From an uncultured Eubacteriales bacterium (GTDB lineage Bacteria; Bacillota; Clostridia; Oscillospirales; Acutalibacteraceae): a DNA stretch of 64,000 nucleotides. The DNA is taken from positions 17,230 to 81,229 of the forward strand of contig CAZIHW010000117.1 in assembly GCA_964539045.1 (NCBI GenBank), read 5' to 3'. Shown here piece after piece: positions 48,112 through 55,851 of this stretch (the stretch's first letter is position 1; each line of letters starts with the position of its first letter). The notes under the pieces are model-generated. The model was not told the DNA's origin and ran no database searches. It was given only the letters and a program-made list of their open reading frames with translations. Both the position numbers and the translations under genes were made by a program.

Positions 48112-48127
48112 AGAAGGGCGTGTTTTT

Positions 48128-48514
48128 ATGAAAACAAAAGTAAGAAAGCGCTCTGCTTTTGAAGTACTCAGCGGACACCTGCTTTCTATAGTTTTCTTCG
48201 TGGTTATCTTCGGAATGTTCCTCGGCGGCGTTGCAAATGCCGAAGCCGGAAGTCAGGCCGAAAGCAAGAAGGTGCTGGAAGAAAGTATAAAGAAGGCTGT
48301 GGTAAGCTGCTATGCTTTAGAGGGCGCATATCCCGAAAGTATCGAATATTTGGAGAAAAACTATGGACTTACCTATGATAAGGATAAGTATTCCATAGGA
48401 TATATCGCTTTTGCGTCTAATATATTGCCTGATATAACGGTGATAGAGTTAAATGCCGAAGTACCGGAAGATACAACGGAAGAGGTGTCGGGGGACGCTG
48501 TGATTATTGAATGA
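48128..48514 (+). CDS. Small N-terminally anchored protein P1, pseudopilin-like
   Basis: Basic leader KRS then AFEVLSGHLLSIVFFVVIF. The periplasmic part contains AVVSCYALEGAYPESIEYL, which resembles the GspG/ComGC motif (..Y....G.YP..L..L). Confidence 0.45.
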   Translation: MKTKVRKRSAFEVLSGHLLSIVFFVVIFGMFLGGVANAEAGSQAESKKVLEESIKKAVVSCYALEGAYPESIEYLEKNYGLTYDKDKYSIGYIAFASNILPDITVIELNAEVPEDTTEEVSGDAVIIE

Positions 48515-48530
48515 AAGGGGACAGGCACTT

Positions 48531-49019
48531 ATGAAAAAGAGAACCTCATATACGGTTGACACTATATTTGTGCTCGTTCTCTTTGCTGTGTTTGCTGTAA
48601 CCGTTTTATTTGTTCTCATGTCGGGAGCGGGCGTATATAAAAATACGCAATCGGTTATGCAACAAAGATATGAGGAACGTACTTGCGTTTCTTATATAAC
48701 TTCTAAGATTAACCATCATGATGAGTCCGGAGCTATAGCGGTTACGGACTTTGGTGGATTCTCGGCTCTTGAGCTTGAGGAGAAAATAGCTGATAAATCC
48801 TTTGTTACATATATCTATTGTCATGACGGATATGTAAAGGAACTTATGTTTGAGAAGGGCCTGGAATTTGATCCGGCTTCAGGTATGAACATAATAGAGG
48901 CACAATACCTTAATTTCACTCAGGACGGCAATCTTGTGACGATAAAGTGTATAGGTGAGGACGGAACGGTTTCATCGGTTACGCTTAATATAGCCGGCGG
49001 TTTGGAGGCGATTGAGTAA
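48531..49019 (+). CDS. Small N-terminally anchored protein P2 (from memory DUF4860-like; unverified)
   Basis: MKKRTS then YTVDTIFVLVLFAVFAVTVLFVL. The ATG at 48531 follows AAAGGGGA; the track start at 48507 overlaps P1. Confidence 0.45.
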   Translation: MKKRTSYTVDTIFVLVLFAVFAVTVLFVLMSGAGVYKNTQSVMQQRYEERTCVSYITSKINHHDESGAIAVTDFGGFSALELEEKIADKSFVTYIYCHDGYVKELMFEKGLEFDPASGMNIIEAQYLNFTQDGNLVTIKCIGEDGTVSSVTLNIAGGLEAIE

Positions 49020-49468
49020 TGGGAAAGAATATTAAAACTCGTTCAAAGTCGTCTTTATTCCTTATGGAACTCATAGTAGTTCTTATGTTTTTCTCACTCT
49101 GTGCTGCCATATGTATGAAAGTATTTGCGGTCTCAAAGGTAAAGACAGACTATGCAAATGATTTGTCGCAAGCCTCTTTTGCTGTCGAGACTGCCGCAGA
49201 AGTGTATAAGGAGAAAAAGGGCGATGTAAAATCCGTTGCAGAGTTCTTCGGCGGAGCAAAAACTGAGGATTCCACAGTAACGGTATACTATGATAAGGAA
49301 TGGAATATAGTATCTTCAGCACAAGGGTCGGAATATGAAATGACTCTTGTATCGGATTCAACCGGATTTCTGAATGAGGCTGTTATTACAGTTACAGAGA
49401 CCGGGAAGGATGAGAGTATTTTCGACATAGCTACAGCTGTTGTCGGTGATATAAAGGAGGGTGTCTGA
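49019..49468 (+). CDS. Small N-terminally anchored protein P3, prepilin-like N-terminus with Glu+5
   Basis: MGKNIKTRSKSS then LFLMELIVVLMFF. Compare G|FTLIELLVV: Glu sits at +5 if cleavage follows the Ser. The start overlaps the P2 stop (TAATG). Confidence 0.5.
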   Translation: MGKNIKTRSKSSLFLMELIVVLMFFSLCAAICMKVFAVSKVKTDYANDLSQASFAVETAAEVYKEKKGDVKSVAEFFGGAKTEDSTVTVYYDKEWNIVSSAQGSEYEMTLVSDSTGFLNEAVITVTETGKDESIFDIATAVVGDIKEGV

Positions 49469-49469
49469 T

Positions 49470-49937
49470 ATGGATAAGCATATAGAGCAGAACACCAGGC
49501 AATCCTCCGGAATAAATATAGGCAGTGCATCCATAATAATGGTCTTCTCCGTTCTTTGTCTTACCGTATTTGCTGTTTTGACATTTGTTACAGCAAATAA
49601 CGAGTATAAGCTTTCCGTAAAATCCGCTGATAGCATAAAAGCTTACTATGTTACGGATACGAAAGCTACGGAGAGACAAGCAAAGATAGCGGAAATAGTA
49701 TCACAAAATGCAAGCTTTGGATATATCACTAATGAGGTTGCGAAACTTGATGTAAAGACAGAGTCGAGAGACGGTGCATTGTTTTTAAGCTATTCTGAAA
49801 AGTCCGATGACGCTCAGGAACTGCGGGTTATTTTGAAATTTGACGGAACCGAGCTTACAGTTGATACATGGAAACTTGTAAGTACAGCAGAATGGAATGC
49901 AGATGGCGGTCCTGAACTTTGGGATGGTGAATTTTGA
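49470..49937 (+). CDS. Small N-terminally anchored protein P4
   Basis: Leader ...NTRQSS then GINIGSASIIMVFSVLCLTVFAVLTF. The ATG at 49470 follows AAGGAGGG. The stop overlaps the pilT-like start. Confidence 0.45.
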   Translation: MDKHIEQNTRQSSGINIGSASIIMVFSVLCLTVFAVLTFVTANNEYKLSVKSADSIKAYYVTDTKATERQAKIAEIVSQNASFGYITNEVAKLDVKTESRDGALFLSYSEKSDDAQELRVILKFDGTELTVDTWKLVSTAEWNADGGPELWDGEF

Positions 49938-51007
49938 TGACTTTACTTGATTTGCTGAGAGGTGCTGTTGACAAGCAGGCTTCTGATATATTTGTCCTTG
50001 CGAGTCTCCCACTCTCATATAAACTAAATGGAGTTATAGTTCCTCAGGAGGAGGAAAAAGTAACTCCCCAGACTTCGAGAGCTCTTATAGAAGAGATATA
50101 TGAAACGGCCGGCAGACCTATGGAAAGGCTTATAAAGACCGGAGATGATGACTTCTCTCTTGCTATAAGCGGTTTGTCGAGGTTCAGGGTAAGCACTTAC
50201 AAGCAGAGAGGTTCATTGGCTGCGGTTATAAGGCTTGTATCATTCGATATACCTAACTACAAAGAACTTTCAATACCCGAAAGTGTTATGTCGGTTGCCG
50301 ACAAGACAAAGGGTCTTGTTTTAGTTACAGGTCCTGCCGGAGGTGGTAAGTCCACTACGTTGGCCTGCATAATTGACAGAATCAACAGTACCAGAAACGG
50401 ACATATTATCACTTTGGAAGAACCACTCGAATATCTTCACAGAAATAAGAAAAGCGTAATCTCCCAGAGAGAGATAGAGACCGATACGGAAAATTACGTT
50501 ACGGCACTCCGTGCTTGTCTTCGTCAGTCACCGGATGTTATTTTGGTGGGTGAAATGCGAGATTATGAGACGATTAAGACTGCCATGACAGCGGCTGAGA
50601 CGGGACACCTTGTTATCTCGACTTTGCACACTGTCGGAGCGGCCAATACTATAGACCGTGTTATTGATGTGTTCCCTCCCAATCAGCAACAGCAGATTCG
50701 TGTCCAGTTGGCACAGCTTTTGCAATGCGTTATTTCGCAGCAGCTTATACCTACTGTTGACGGGTCACTGGTTCCGGCCTTTGAGGTTATGAATCTTAAC
50801 AGTGCTATAAGAAACATGATTCGTGAGTCTAAGGTACATCAAATAGATTCCATAATAGGAACCTCTGCTGCAGAGGGAATGGTATCTATGGATACCAATA
50901 TTTATGATCTCTATGAAAAGGGTATAATCAGTGAGACCAATGCATTGAAGTTTGCTTCAAATGCGGACTTGCTGCGTAAAAAGATTGATCTGAACAGAAG
51001 AAAATGA
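49937..51007 (+). CDS. pilT: PilT-type (retraction-class) type IV filament ATPase
   Basis: Walker A GPAGGGKSTT, Asp/His boxes and the PilT-specific motif AIRNMIRE (consensus AIRNLIRE). It aligns end to end by eye with PilT and is about 357 aa. Confidence 0.88.
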   Translation: MTLLDLLRGAVDKQASDIFVLASLPLSYKLNGVIVPQEEEKVTPQTSRALIEEIYETAGRPMERLIKTGDDDFSLAISGLSRFRVSTYKQRGSLAAVIRLVSFDIPNYKELSIPESVMSVADKTKGLVLVTGPAGGGKSTTLACIIDRINSTRNGHIITLEEPLEYLHRNKKSVISQREIETDTENYVTALRACLRQSPDVILVGEMRDYETIKTAMTAAETGHLVISTLHTVGAANTIDRVIDVFPPNQQQQIRVQLAQLLQCVISQQLIPTVDGSLVPAFEVMNLNSAIRNMIRESKVHQIDSIIGTSAAEGMVSMDTNIYDLYEKGIISETNALKFASNADLLRKKIDLNRRK

Positions 51008-52941
51008 TATTAAGTGTTTCAAAATTGACAAAAAGTTTCGGAGATAGAGTCCTCTTCAGAGAGGGCTCATTCTCTGTTGAAAAAGGTGACATAGTAGGTC
51101 TTGTCGGCGCGAACGGTGTCGGCAAGACCACTTTATTCAATATAATTACAGGTAAAGATACACCCGATAGCGGAGCAGCTCTGTTGTCTTCCGGGACCAA
51201 GGTCGGATATCTTGAACAGCATGTGTGCGCAGAATCAAAGAAGACCTGTTATGAGGAGACTCTGAGTGTTTTCTCTCATCTTTTTGAAATAGAGGAAGAG
51301 CAAAAACAAATATCTGAAAAGCTTATCAAGGGAACAGATGATAAGTTGATTTTAAGACAAAATGAGCTGATAGAGGAATACGAGAATCTGGGCGGGCTTA
51401 CATATGTGTCTTTGACTCATTCCGTGCTGCTTGGTCTGGGCTTTTCGGAAGAGGAACAGAATATGCCTGTTTCAGATTTGTCCGGGGGACAAAAATCCAA
51501 GATAGGACTGGCGAAGCTCCTTTTACAGAAGCCGGATATCATGTTGCTTGATGAGCCTACGAACCACCTTGATATAGAATCTGTTTCGTGGCTTGAAAAG
51601 TTTATATCAAGCAGTAATGCCACTATTATCGTTATATCGCATGATAGATATTTTCTCGACAAGATATGCAACGGAATTGTTGAGATATATGCCGGAAAAA
51701 TGTTCTATACAAAGGGAAACTATACAAGGCATATGCAACTCAAAGAGGAACGCGATTATGCCCTGACCAGACACTATGAAAATACAATGTCACAGGTCAA
51801 CCGTTTAGAAGGTATTATTGAGCAGCAGAAAAGATGGAACAGGGAGAAGAATATTAAAACAGCCGAGTCAAAGCAAAAACAAATAGATCGTCTTTTGGAA
51901 GGATTGGAAGCTCCCGAAAAGGAGAAAAACGAGTTCTTCTTTAACTTCACCCCGCATACGGAGAGCGGGGAGGATGTCCTCAGTGTGGACAATTTAAGGA
52001 TGGAATTTCCGGAAAAAGTTTTATATGAAAATGTGTCATTTGAACTCAAACGCGGCGAAACAGCCTGCATATTAGGTGAAAACGGTATAGGAAAAACTAC
52101 CCTCATAAAGCAGATAATGCGAAAAGGGCGAGGAGTAAAATTCGGTGTGGGTGTACAGATTGGTTACTTCGATCAGCACCAGCTCAATTTGACGCTTTCA
52201 AATACTGTTTTAGATGAGATCCACAACGCATTTCCCCGTCTTACCGATACAGAAGTCCGCTCTGCCCTGGCGGTATTCGGCTTCAAGGGCGAAAAGGTAT
52301 TTGATACCTTAAATATTCTCAGCGGTGGGGAGCGGGCAAAGGTTTCTCTGTGCAAGCTGATGCTTAAGCGATGTAATCTCCTTATTCTTGATGAGCCCAC
52401 AAACCATTTGGATATATATTCACTTGATGCATTGGAAAATGCTCTGATGAACTATACCGGAACACTTCTGATAATTTCACATGACAGGTACTTTATAAAT
52501 CGTGTTTCAAGCAAGATAATAGAGCTTAAACCAACCGGAAGCCGTACTTTTATCGGGAACTATGAAAGTTACTCGTTGATAGTTTTGGAGGAGCAAACCG
52601 AAACTTCGCCGGGACTTTCCGAGAAGTCGGGAGATGCTAAAAAAATCGGAGAGGGCGGAAAGACATATCTTGACAAGAAGCAGAGGCGTTCTGAGTTTAC
52701 AAAGCTTAAAACCGCGCTCAGGAAAAATGAGGAATTAATACTCAAACTGGAGCAGCAAATAGAAAGCTTGAAGGCCGAAATGGCTGATGAGAGTATAAGT
52801 TCAGACTATGAGAGGATATCTGAACTGTCTGAAAGCCTGGCCGGTGCAGATTCAGAACTTGAAGATGCATTGTCGGAGTGGGAAACCCTTTCGGAAAAGA
52901 TATCTGAATATGAGAAATCAGAAGAGGATAATTTGTCATAG
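51004..52941 (+). CDS. ABC-F family ATPase (two NBDs, no TMD, acidic coiled-coil C-terminal extension)
   Basis: Two Walker A motifs (GANGVGKTT, GENGIGKTT) and two signature motifs (LSGGQKSK, LSGGERAK). The ATGA overlaps the pilT-like stop. Confidence 0.88.
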   Translation: MILSVSKLTKSFGDRVLFREGSFSVEKGDIVGLVGANGVGKTTLFNIITGKDTPDSGAALLSSGTKVGYLEQHVCAESKKTCYEETLSVFSHLFEIEEEQKQISEKLIKGTDDKLILRQNELIEEYENLGGLTYVSLTHSVLLGLGFSEEEQNMPVSDLSGGQKSKIGLAKLLLQKPDIMLLDEPTNHLDIESVSWLEKFISSSNATIIVISHDRYFLDKICNGIVEIYAGKMFYTKGNYTRHMQLKEERDYALTRHYENTMSQVNRLEGIIEQQKRWNREKNIKTAESKQKQIDRLLEGLEAPEKEKNEFFFNFTPHTESGEDVLSVDNLRMEFPEKVLYENVSFELKRGETACILGENGIGKTTLIKQIMRKGRGVKFGVGVQIGYFDQHQLNLTLSNTVLDEIHNAFPRLTDTEVRSALAVFGFKGEKVFDTLNILSGGERAKVSLCKLMLKRCNLLILDEPTNHLDIYSLDALENALMNYTGTLLIISHDRYFINRVSSKIIELKPTGSRTFIGNYESYSLIVLEEQTETSPGLSEKSGDAKKIGEGGKTYLDKKQRRSEFTKLKTALRKNEELILKLEQQIESLKAEMADESISSDYERISELSESLAGADSELEDALSEWETLSEKISEYEKSEEDNLS

Positions 52942-52957
52942 ACAAATTATCCTCTTT
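52924..52957 (+). terminator. Strong intrinsic terminator ending the 45.8-52.9 kb operon
   Basis: Perfect 14-bp stem GAGGATAATTTGTC-ATA-GACAAATTATCCTC followed by TTTCC. The ABC-F stop codon sits in the loop. Confidence 0.75.
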
Positions 52958-52975
52958 CCACGCTTTTATTCTGTT

Positions 52976-53000
52976 TTAGCCTGACTGCACGAATTTGAAT
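52976..53000. repeat. REP-like element, left half only (copy C)
   Basis: TTAGCCTGACTGCACGAATTTGAAT is 23/25 identical to 28207-28231, but no right arm follows. Confidence 0.5.
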
Positions 53001-53012
53001 TCCCAATCCTAT

Positions 53013-53834
53013 TTACTTAGGACCGAGCTCCCTTATGGAGAAAATCGCAAGTCTGTAATCACTTCTATAGTCCGGATATTTTGATATGTTAATCTCAAAG
53101 GTCCGGGATGATACATCTTTGAAAACAAACAGAAGTTGTTTTTTGCCGGAATCAAGCTGGTCTTTTATGTATTCATAGTTATAGTATTTGGCAAAATCTT
53201 TTTTGAAGTCAGCATCAATATAGTTATTGTTCAGGTGTTCCATCATGGCTCTATGATCACTGAACATATTTGCGTATACATCAAATTCATCCTGATACCG
53301 TGATAAGACGAGTCTGCTCATGGAACTGTTAAGGTCAACTATATAAACAAGAATATAATTATCTATCAGTTGCTGTAAAACGATGTCATTAAATTGTCTG
53401 TTTCTGTTTTCTTCACGTTCTTTGACTTCACCGTCGGCTGTCCTTATACCATAAATAAATAAAGCATGACCGCTTTCATTTTTTATCGGAGATAAGCTCA
53501 AATTGTACCAATGATATTTATCGTCAATTTTTTTTAATAACAGCATTTCCAGTTCCAATGTTTGATCATCCTGATATGCCCTCTTCAAATTCTCTTCGTT
53601 TATTTCATCTATGAATCGCTGATGAAATAAGGGATGAACAAAGGCTTCGGAAAGCTCTGCTATCTCTCCGAGCGTAATAGTCTTTTTACACTCAGATTCA
53701 GGTCTTGTATTGTCGTAAATAACCACGCACTCACCGGATGTTACGTCTAAAATAGACAGGAATGCATATGTTTTCTCAAAGAATGACGTTAAAATTGAAA
53801 GGATATCTTTTTCAGAAAAGTTACCGTATTCCAT
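53013..53834 (-). CDS. Hypothetical cytoplasmic protein with two related sensor-like (PAS/GAF-like?) halves and no output domain
   Basis: 273 aa. Internal repeat pattern FFEKTYAFLSILDVTSGECVVIY versus LIDNYILVYIVDLNSSMSRLVLSRY. It has its own RBS AAGGAGG and an extended -10 TGGTATAAT (53884-53876). By eye it looks more AT-rich than its neighbours. Confidence 0.5.
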   Translation of the reverse strand: MEYGNFSEKDILSILTSFFEKTYAFLSILDVTSGECVVIYDNTRPESECKKTITLGEIAELSEAFVHPLFHQRFIDEINEENLKRAYQDDQTLELEMLLLKKIDDKYHWYNLSLSPIKNESGHALFIYGIRTADGEVKEREENRNRQFNDIVLQQLIDNYILVYIVDLNSSMSRLVLSRYQDEFDVYANMFSDHRAMMEHLNNNYIDADFKKDFAKYYNYEYIKDQLDSGKKQLLFVFKDVSSRTFEINISKYPDYRSDYRLAIFSIRELGPK

Positions 53835-53905
53835 ATTTTACCTCCTTTGCTGACAATATATCCCACCTCAAGGACATTATACCACGTTTTTTTATTTTTT
53901 AAAGT

Positions 53906-53944
53906 AAAAACCGTATCAACTGATTTTTCAGTTGATACGGTTTT
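53906..53944. terminator. Bidirectional-looking intrinsic terminator after the phosphoesterase gene
   Basis: AAAAA-CCGTATCAACTGA-loop-TCAGTTGATACGG-TTTT. Confidence 0.75.
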
Positions 53945-53994
53945 AGCTGTCAGGCTTTAATTATGATTGGATTTAATTAGATTTGTGATTGGAT

Positions 53995-54702
53995 TTATAA
54001 TTGGAATTCTTTAAAATCATCAAGTCTCAAAAGGATAGGTTCATTACCGGCAAATACACCGACATCAATATCAATCCATGTCCCGGTTTTGATGATTTTA
54101 CCTTTATATTCATCACCGTAACCCATGGTCGGAGTGTGACCGAAAATCGTGATAATATCATCAAAATATTCGTCGTCAAGTTCAGGTCGCGCCCACAGAA
54201 GGTCATCGATTGTATACTGTGATAATTTTTTGTTTTTGTCAAAATTATTGAATCCTGAATGAACAAGCAGAAAGTCGTTCTCACCAACGGTTATTGCTTC
54301 ATAAAGCGGAGCATCATGAAGATAATCAATTATATCCGAAACCGTTTCAGGCGATTTTTTACCGAGTTCCCGCAGGGCAGTAAGCGTTACATTGCCTCCG
54401 TTTAACAAATAGTTGTTGAGCAGTCCTATTTTCTCACTTGACATAGCATTAATGCTTTCATCCGTAATTTCATCAAAAACAAATTCGCAGGATAAAAGCA
54501 TGGCCTCGTGATTACCCAGAATGAGTTGAATATTGGGCTGTTCCAAAAGCCAGCAAAGTAATTCGACACCGCCGTCATGGGTCCTGTCTATTACATCGCC
54601 TATTATATACAGAAAATCCTCATCGGAAAATTCAGCATATTCGAGTAGCTTTTTAAATTTTTCAAGCGGATAACCATGGAGATCCGATATTACGTAAGTC
54701 AT
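53995..54702 (-). CDS. Calcineurin-like metallophosphoesterase (PrpE/ApaH-like Ser/Thr phosphatase family)
   Basis: ISDLHG, GDVIDR, GNHE and GHT motifs. The ATG at 54702 is preferred over the GTG at 54714. Confidence 0.8.
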   Translation of the reverse strand: MTYVISDLHGYPLEKFKKLLEYAEFSDEDFLYIIGDVIDRTHDGGVELLCWLLEQPNIQLILGNHEAMLLSCEFVFDEITDESINAMSSEKIGLLNNYLLNGGNVTLTALRELGKKSPETVSDIIDYLHDAPLYEAITVGENDFLLVHSGFNNFDKNKKLSQYTIDDLLWARPELDDEYFDDIITIFGHTPTMGYGDEYKGKIIKTGTWIDIDVGVFAGNEPILLRLDDFKEFQL

Positions 54703-54755
54703 AAAACTCACCACACCTTAAGTAAAGAGGGGTTATCGTTTGATAACCCCTTTTT

Positions 54756-54832
54756 TGGAGCTGGAGATGGGACTCGAACCCACGAACCTATTGATTACGA
54801 ATCAATTGCGCTACCAACTGTGCCACTCCAGC
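54756..54832 (-). tRNA. tRNA-Thr (anticodon CGU)
   Basis: The reverse strand reads GCTGGAG-TG-GCAC-AGTTGGTA-GCGC-A-ATTGA-TTCGTAA-TCAAT-AGGTTC-GTGGG-TTCGAGT-CCCAT-CTCCAGC-T-CCA. This folds as a cloverleaf by hand, with one A-C mismatch in the D stem and a 6-nt variable loop. CCA is encoded. Confidence 0.85.
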
Positions 54833-55002
54833 ATAATAATTGCTTTTTTCATTGAATATACTATTTACGAACATTACTATTTTAAAAGACTGTGAGAGAT
54901 TTTTCAAGAGCCATTTGCAATTGACTTTAAATATTTACTATGGTAACATAACTAGGTAAATATTTTATGGTTCTTACAGACTTTGTTTTAGGAGATTGCT
55001 TT

Positions 55003-55758
55003 ATGAAAAGATATATTTCTTTAGCGTTGATTCTTTGTATGCTTTTCTCATTTGCTGCATGTAGCAATGATGATCCTACTATTGAAAACAACGAACCAAG
55101 CACGGTTTCAAATGGTTCAGGTGATAATAAGAGCCTTGAGATGTTCAAGGGAAAGCTTATGGAACCGTATGCAAAAATGATAGCAAGCGGAAACTATATG
55201 TATGAAACAAGTGCAAACGATGAGACTGTATCTCTTGCTGTATACGGAGAAGATGTGCTTCTCACTCTTATTTATACAGCCGAAGACGGACAGCAGGCTT
55301 TCGTTAACTTCGTAAAGATGGACGGCAAATACTTTATTGCTTCTCCTTCTGAAAAGGTAAAGCAGGAAGTTGACGCTCAGACCATGGAGGAGAAGGCAAA
55401 CTTCACTGAAAATGTAAACAAGGTAAGACTTGAGAACATTTTAAGCGGAACATACAAGGGAACACAGGAATTCACCGGTGATGACGGAGTAGCTTATACT
55501 TATGAAGAGTACTATGTTCCTCTTCTTCTCACAACATACAGATTCGTATTTACGGAGGATGGAACACTTTCAAAGATCTGCACACAGGTAACAGGAAAAG
55601 ACATGTACATGGCTGATATTAATTTCTATGAAACAAGTGCAGATGCTTTTAATGTTGTAAGATCTTTCCAGGATGCGGAATCCGTAAATGCCGGCGGTGC
55701 TACGGCAGCCCAGTCTCCGACACAGACCCCGACACAAGCTGCTACTCAGGCCCAGTAA
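55003..55758 (+). CDS. Lipoprotein of unknown function
   Basis: Lipobox FSFAAC and a C-terminal TQ/PT-rich tail. The ATG at 55003 follows AGGAG. Confidence 0.6.
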   Translation: MKRYISLALILCMLFSFAACSNDDPTIENNEPSTVSNGSGDNKSLEMFKGKLMEPYAKMIASGNYMYETSANDETVSLAVYGEDVLLTLIYTAEDGQQAFVNFVKMDGKYFIASPSEKVKQEVDAQTMEEKANFTENVNKVRLENILSGTYKGTQEFTGDDGVAYTYEEYYVPLLLTTYRFVFTEDGTLSKICTQVTGKDMYMADINFYETSADAFNVVRSFQDAESVNAGGATAAQSPTQTPTQAATQAQ

Positions 55759-55774
55759 TTCAGGCCCGGTAATT
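55747..55774. repeat. 14-bp tandem duplication spanning the lipoprotein stop codon
   Basis: CAGGCCCAGTAATT followed by CAGGCCCGGTAATT (13/14 identical). Confidence 0.85.
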
Positions 55775-55851
55775 TCAAGTGAATCTTAAGAGCACCTCGT
55801 GAATCGGGGTGCTTTTTAGTCTCACCGTAAGCCTAATAAGGAGGAACCGGT

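Noticed and set aside
52996-54010. Inverted repeat GAATTCCCAAT / ATTGGAATTC flanking the orphan gene plus the 3' end of the phosphoesterase gene
   Set aside because: Most of the match is the self-complementary GAATTC site. The right copy lies inside or at the end of a coding region. Significance is too low.
54724-54755. Hairpin GAGGGGTTATC-GTTT-GATAACCCC followed by TTTTTT on the plus strand
   Set aside because: No plus-strand gene ends here. On the minus strand it follows the tRNA but lacks a good U-tract. It may be a tRNA 3' processing or termination signal, and I cannot assign it confidently.
52976-54832. Classical tRNA-linked genomic island downstream of tRNA-Thr
   Set aside because: The two genes 3' of the tRNA look AT-rich and one is an orphan. 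However, there is no integrase, and I found no direct repeat of the tRNA 3' end at the distal boundary. I kept only the weaker split-palindrome observation.
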